Shown piece by piece: positions 60,404 to 64,000 of a stretch of DNA of 64,000 nt. Where the stretch lies: contig OZ025789.1 in the NCBI GenBank assembly GCA_964019425.1, positions 1,426,001 through 1,490,000 of the forward strand. The letters run 5' to 3'. The translations under genes were made by a program, and so were the position numbers. The notes under the pieces are model-generated. The model had not been told where the DNA came from. It worked only from the letters and a program-made list of their open reading frames with translations, and made no database searches. Numbering within the stretch: the stretch's first letter is position 1; every line of letters begins with the position of its first letter. Source of the stretch: Flectonema sp. DT1601 (taxonomy: Eukaryota).

Positions 60404-60512
60404 CTACTGTATGATGAAACAACTTGAGCTGTACCCTAACTCACTGGCTCTTCCTTTGGAGTAGTTCCATGATACTTGCTAATATTTTTACTCTATCTCA
60501 GTTAACAACAAA

Positions 60513-61862
60513 ATGTCACGCTCGTTGTCTTTCTCGAGAAAGGGAAGCGATGCGTCTTCTCCTGCCAGAATGTCACCAAGTAGGTCAGAAAGATCTTCCG
60601 TATCATCACCTACTACTTCCCCAAGAATGAAGATGCGATCTGAATCTTCGTTCATGTATCAAATTAATACAATGACCAGAGAAGACGTCGCTGACTTAAA
60701 CGATAGACTTCTGAGAAGGGGCAGCAGCATCAGAATGCTGTCGCGACATCATTCTGCAGGCAGGTCGTGGCACAAAGCTGAGATAAGAACCCTACTGCTT
60801 CGGCCAAAAGAACGGGAGGACGCAGAAAGAGCTAAAATGTGGAAGATTAACCTGCTCATATGGAAGCATTTCGCTGCAATGACTCTGCCATATAGGAAAT
60901 CGGAATCTTATAAAAGGAAACTTTATATAAGAAGGCTGTTTAGAAATAAGGTTTTAGAAGCTTTGCAACAAAAACGCACTGAAAATGAGCTCCGACGAAA
61001 TGCAGTACTTCGCGGATTTATTGAGCGATTTCGAATAAAGAAAAAGACTGCAACTATTTCACTCATTCGACACTATCTTCGAAGAGAGAAGGCATGGAAC
61101 AAACTCCGCTACTGTTGTCAAACTTACCACTCGGCAATTCAGATAATGTCACGTACTCTCTTGAAACATGCAAGACTAAGGAGGAGGCAGCGTAATAAAG
61201 CCCTCATATCGATTAAAGAATTGCTACCGGCTTTTAGGGAAACGCACTATTCCTTGACAAAGACGATTACTGAACCTTCAGAAGAAGCCCTTTACAGGAG
61301 GCTAGTATCAGATAGGCTTTCCATCAGGCATTGGAAGTATTCAAGTGCGATAGCCCAATTTCGCACAAACTTTAACAATGGCGATGAGACATTTGGGGAT
61401 GATCCACCTTACTATGTCATGTTCTTGTCAGATAATGATTTGAAGTCTATTCTTATCCTTGCACTCCAAATATCTTCGATCGAAAAATCATTGGAACCTG
61501 CCTCCCGAGAATCGATTCAATTTGAAGAAGAAACCTTTCGAAGTACAAACATTACTTCTGTCTTGATGGCGATTAAATTAAGCAGCGATTTGGAACGCGA
61601 GGGACCCGATCATCATGAACGACAAACTCCTGCGAAAATTGCAAGAAGGAAACAACGGTTGACAACTCCAACATCTGGCAGACTGTCTCCAATTTCAGCA
61701 AGAAAGATGTTCAGAACTCCCTCATCACGAACACCTGTCAGGTCTCTTCGAAGAACACCACTATCTCCACCTCCAAGGAAGCTCCTCTCCCCCATTCCGA
61801 TCGGGAAATTATCCCCATCAGTTGATTCAAGACGAAAGTTCCGTCCTCTCAGAGAGCCATAG
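60513..61862 (+). CDS. Hypothetical basic protein, 449 aa
   Basis: Long ORF with SP-rich termini. No domain recognised. Confidence 0.7.
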   Translation: MSRSLSFSRKGSDASSPARMSPSRSERSSVSSPTTSPRMKMRSESSFMYQINTMTREDVADLNDRLLRRGSSIRMLSRHHSAGRSWHKAEIRTLLLRPKEREDAERAKMWKINLLIWKHFAAMTLPYRKSESYKRKLYIRRLFRNKVLEALQQKRTENELRRNAVLRGFIERFRIKKKTATISLIRHYLRREKAWNKLRYCCQTYHSAIQIMSRTLLKHARLRRRQRNKALISIKELLPAFRETHYSLTKTITEPSEEALYRRLVSDRLSIRHWKYSSAIAQFRTNFNNGDETFGDDPPYYVMFLSDNDLKSILILALQISSIEKSLEPASRESIQFEEETFRSTNITSVLMAIKLSSDLEREGPDHHERQTPAKIARRKQRLTTPTSGRLSPISARKMFRTPSSRTPVRSLRRTPLSPPPRKLLSPIPIGKLSPSVDSRRKFRPLREP

Positions 61863-62247
61863 TTCATTCTTGTTTTTTGGGTGCCTCTACGAACCTATTT
61901 CTTAGGCATCGATTATTAATTCTATGTATAACTTTCTTAGTTGAAATGTTATCTGAAGTTCCTTTCCATGGGAATTAACTTTCTTTCTGGTTCTTTCTGT
62001 TGTTAGGTGGCTTAGAGAATGAAATGTATTCTCGATCACTACCACACCATCTTTCAAGTTTCGTTTCGTTGTTTTGTTCAAGTGCTAGTAATAGTGCAAA
62101 ATCTTTTGTTAGAAAGTGCCAGGACGGCGATGCCTTCTATTCTATGTTGCCACTCAATGGCAACTATTGAAGGAGTTGGTGAGAATACCGGTCACTGACA
62201 ATCCATTGAACAATTACTTCATTTTTTTACTCAGGTCACAACAAGTG

Positions 62248-62494
62248 ATGAATGTTGTCATCGACAACACTGTTGATGGATCTACAACATGCATGCAGCT
62301 GCGACAAGAAGACAGCTTCAGCAGTTTTTGCTCTCGAGTGGGAGGAGAAATGGGAGTTTGTAATTTCGAACTGAGATATGATGGAGACCTGCTTTGTGAA
62401 GAATCCTTTGGTATGGTGTTGCCTGAAAGTGAATTGGAACTTTGGCCGACAAAAGAAGGTGAAGCAAGAGCACACCTACAAAAGTTGGGAATAA
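62248..62494 (+). CDS. Ubiquitin-like N-terminal exon or gene fragment
   Basis: Follows a TTTTTTACTCAG acceptor-like site. MNVVI..FELRYDGDLL..SELEL is a beta-grasp-like pattern. Possible GTATGT donor at 62495. Confidence 0.45.
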
Positions 62495-62526
62495 GTATGT
62501 TCACTTTGTCTGGGGGGAGGAAAAAA

Positions 62527-62598
62527 TGGACATTGAGGGGTTCGAACCCTCGGCCTCCCGTATGCGAAACGGGCGCTCTTCCACTGAGCTAAACGCCC
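62527..62598 (-). tRNA. tRNA-Ala (anticodon CGC)
   Basis: GGGCGTTTAGCTCAGTGG..CCCGT TTCGCAT ACGGG..GGTTCGAACC..AATGTCCA, with G3:U70 and a T6 terminator downstream. Confidence 0.95.
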
Positions 62599-62771
62599 CT
62601 GTTTTAGGAAAACGGGTTTTACGTAATCTAAGGACATGATAATGAAAAGAAATTTAATTCATTTTACTTTTTTTGCTTTAAGCGACTGACCTTTAAGTGC
62701 TGTTGTCGGTGCGCTGAAACAGCGCGGTCATCAGATGAAAGCACAACAATTATTAATGTAGCAACCAAAAA

Positions 62772-62843
62772 TGGACATTGAGGGGTTCGAACCCTCGGCC
62801 TCCCGTATGCGGAACGGGCGCTCTTCCACTGAGCTAAACGCCC
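62772..62843 (-). tRNA. tRNA-Ala (CGC) variant with C33
   Basis: Identical to 62527..62598 except anticodon loop TCCGCAT (position 62812). T5 terminator. Confidence 0.88.
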
Positions 62844-62858
62844 TTAAAAAAATTCTTC

Positions 62859-64000
62859 TTTTTTTTTTTTTTTTTTTTTTGGTTACACTCGTCTGTGCTA
62901 CCAAACTCTTTGTTTTTGTTCTTTTCACTTCTATGTTTTGTCTTTCTTTAATACTTTCCTTTTAACTTAAGTCTGACAAATTGGAAAACACGGGAAACAT
63001 AGGTAGGCTCCGCCTGAGGACGTAAGAAGAGCGGCAACGGAAAAATAAGTGGTCACGCGTCCTTGAAATTGGACACATGAAGCTAATTCGGTTACCATTC
63101 CTACCATCGATAAGGAAAACAAAGAGTCGAGCATATAACTAGAGCGGTGGTCAAAGACCACTTGAACAGCCCGAAGGCCTGCCCTCAAGAGAAATTTGTA
63201 AGGAGAATAGGAGAAGAAGGAGACAGGAGTGTTGGAAGAGACACTGCGACAACACCGAAGGTGATGTGCAGTTACCCAACCAGGAGATGATTGATAATGA
63301 TGAAAATACTAAAAAAAAAAAAAAATAATAACAAATTGATATTGGCGACTACATGTCACCTACTTTACTTCCAAAGTCTAAGGTTAGATGTTTGTTCCAT
63401 CCACCTTATGATCAACGCGAGTGATGGAAGCCACGCCAAAGTGAAGAGAGCTTCAAGGTTAGGAATTTCGTTGGCAATAATAAGTTCTCGATCGCGATCC
63501 CACTTGCCGGTCAGTGTTGAGAAGCCCAGGATTTTGAACCTGGCAGAGTCGAGTTTGGGAGATTGACATCCCTGCAGCAGGTGAACCTGTGAGGATGGTT
63601 CGCCACAAAATGGGCAGTCGATCGTCTTGCGCCAGTTCTGAATTAGCGGGTGACATCCTGTCCGGAAGTTCGCTATCCGTATCTCGTCGGCTCTTTCCAT
63701 CCCAGGAGGGTATTTAACGGAACGGCCTCTGATGAGGTGTTTGTAGCAGGTGTAACCACTCACGTTAAGCAGATCCTTTTTGATGCAGCGCTTCACATGT
63801 GATGATCGCGAGAAGTACGTGCCTTTGACTAGCACAGGTCGGATGTTCTTGTTGTGCGCTGCTTCCTTTGCAAGCGCGTCAACTTCATCGTGAAACTCGA
63901 TTCCAATGTGCGAGGGGATGAATTGCAAATGCACTTTCATCTCACACATGCGCAGGTATTCCAGTATCTTGAGGGACTCGGTATTCCTCTGTCTGCACCT
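62859..64000 (-). mobile_element. 3' part of a non-LTR retrotransposon (Ingi/I-group-like); ORF 63365..>64000 with RNase H and CCHC finger; 3' boundary tentative
   Basis: VHLQFIPSHIGIEFHDEVDALAK (RNase H C-terminus), IANFRTGCHP, CPFCGEPSSQVHLLQGC. The frame is open to the window edge. Candidate A22 tail at 62859..62880. Confidence 0.8.

Overview
AT-rich eukaryotic nuclear DNA, most likely euglenozoan. A diplonemid is my best inference: the enolase has kinetoplastid-like motifs, about 24 protein genes all lie on the + strand as in a polycistronic cluster, and short cis-spliced GT-AG introns are present. 0.9-13.2 kb is a recent tandem array of a membrane-anchored GH18 chitinase: one 5'-truncated copy, one single-domain copy and one copy with a doubled GH18 domain. 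The array breakpoint lies inside intron 1 of the neighbouring enolase, so orphan enolase exon-1 copies precede the two intact chitinases. Next come enolase, a TPR/SAM protein, an Rh ammonium transporter with a MITE-like insert in its intron, a MAK kinase, an amidohydrolase, WD40 and BIVM-like proteins, a pseudo-MAPK, an OPA-family MFS transporter and a degenerate class II aldolase ending in SRL. These are followed by EGF-TM and GH43-like proteins, AMPK alpha, NYN and DUF1640 proteins, a ~91-unit AAC repeat, PKA-C, PEDS1/TMEM189 and a DUSP-UBA. The window ends with two minus-strand tRNA-Ala(CGC) genes, one carrying C33, and the 3' part of an RNase H-bearing non-LTR retrotransposon whose candidate poly(A) lies 15 bp upstream of a tRNA gene. 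All family calls come from motif recognition by eye; no searches were run.
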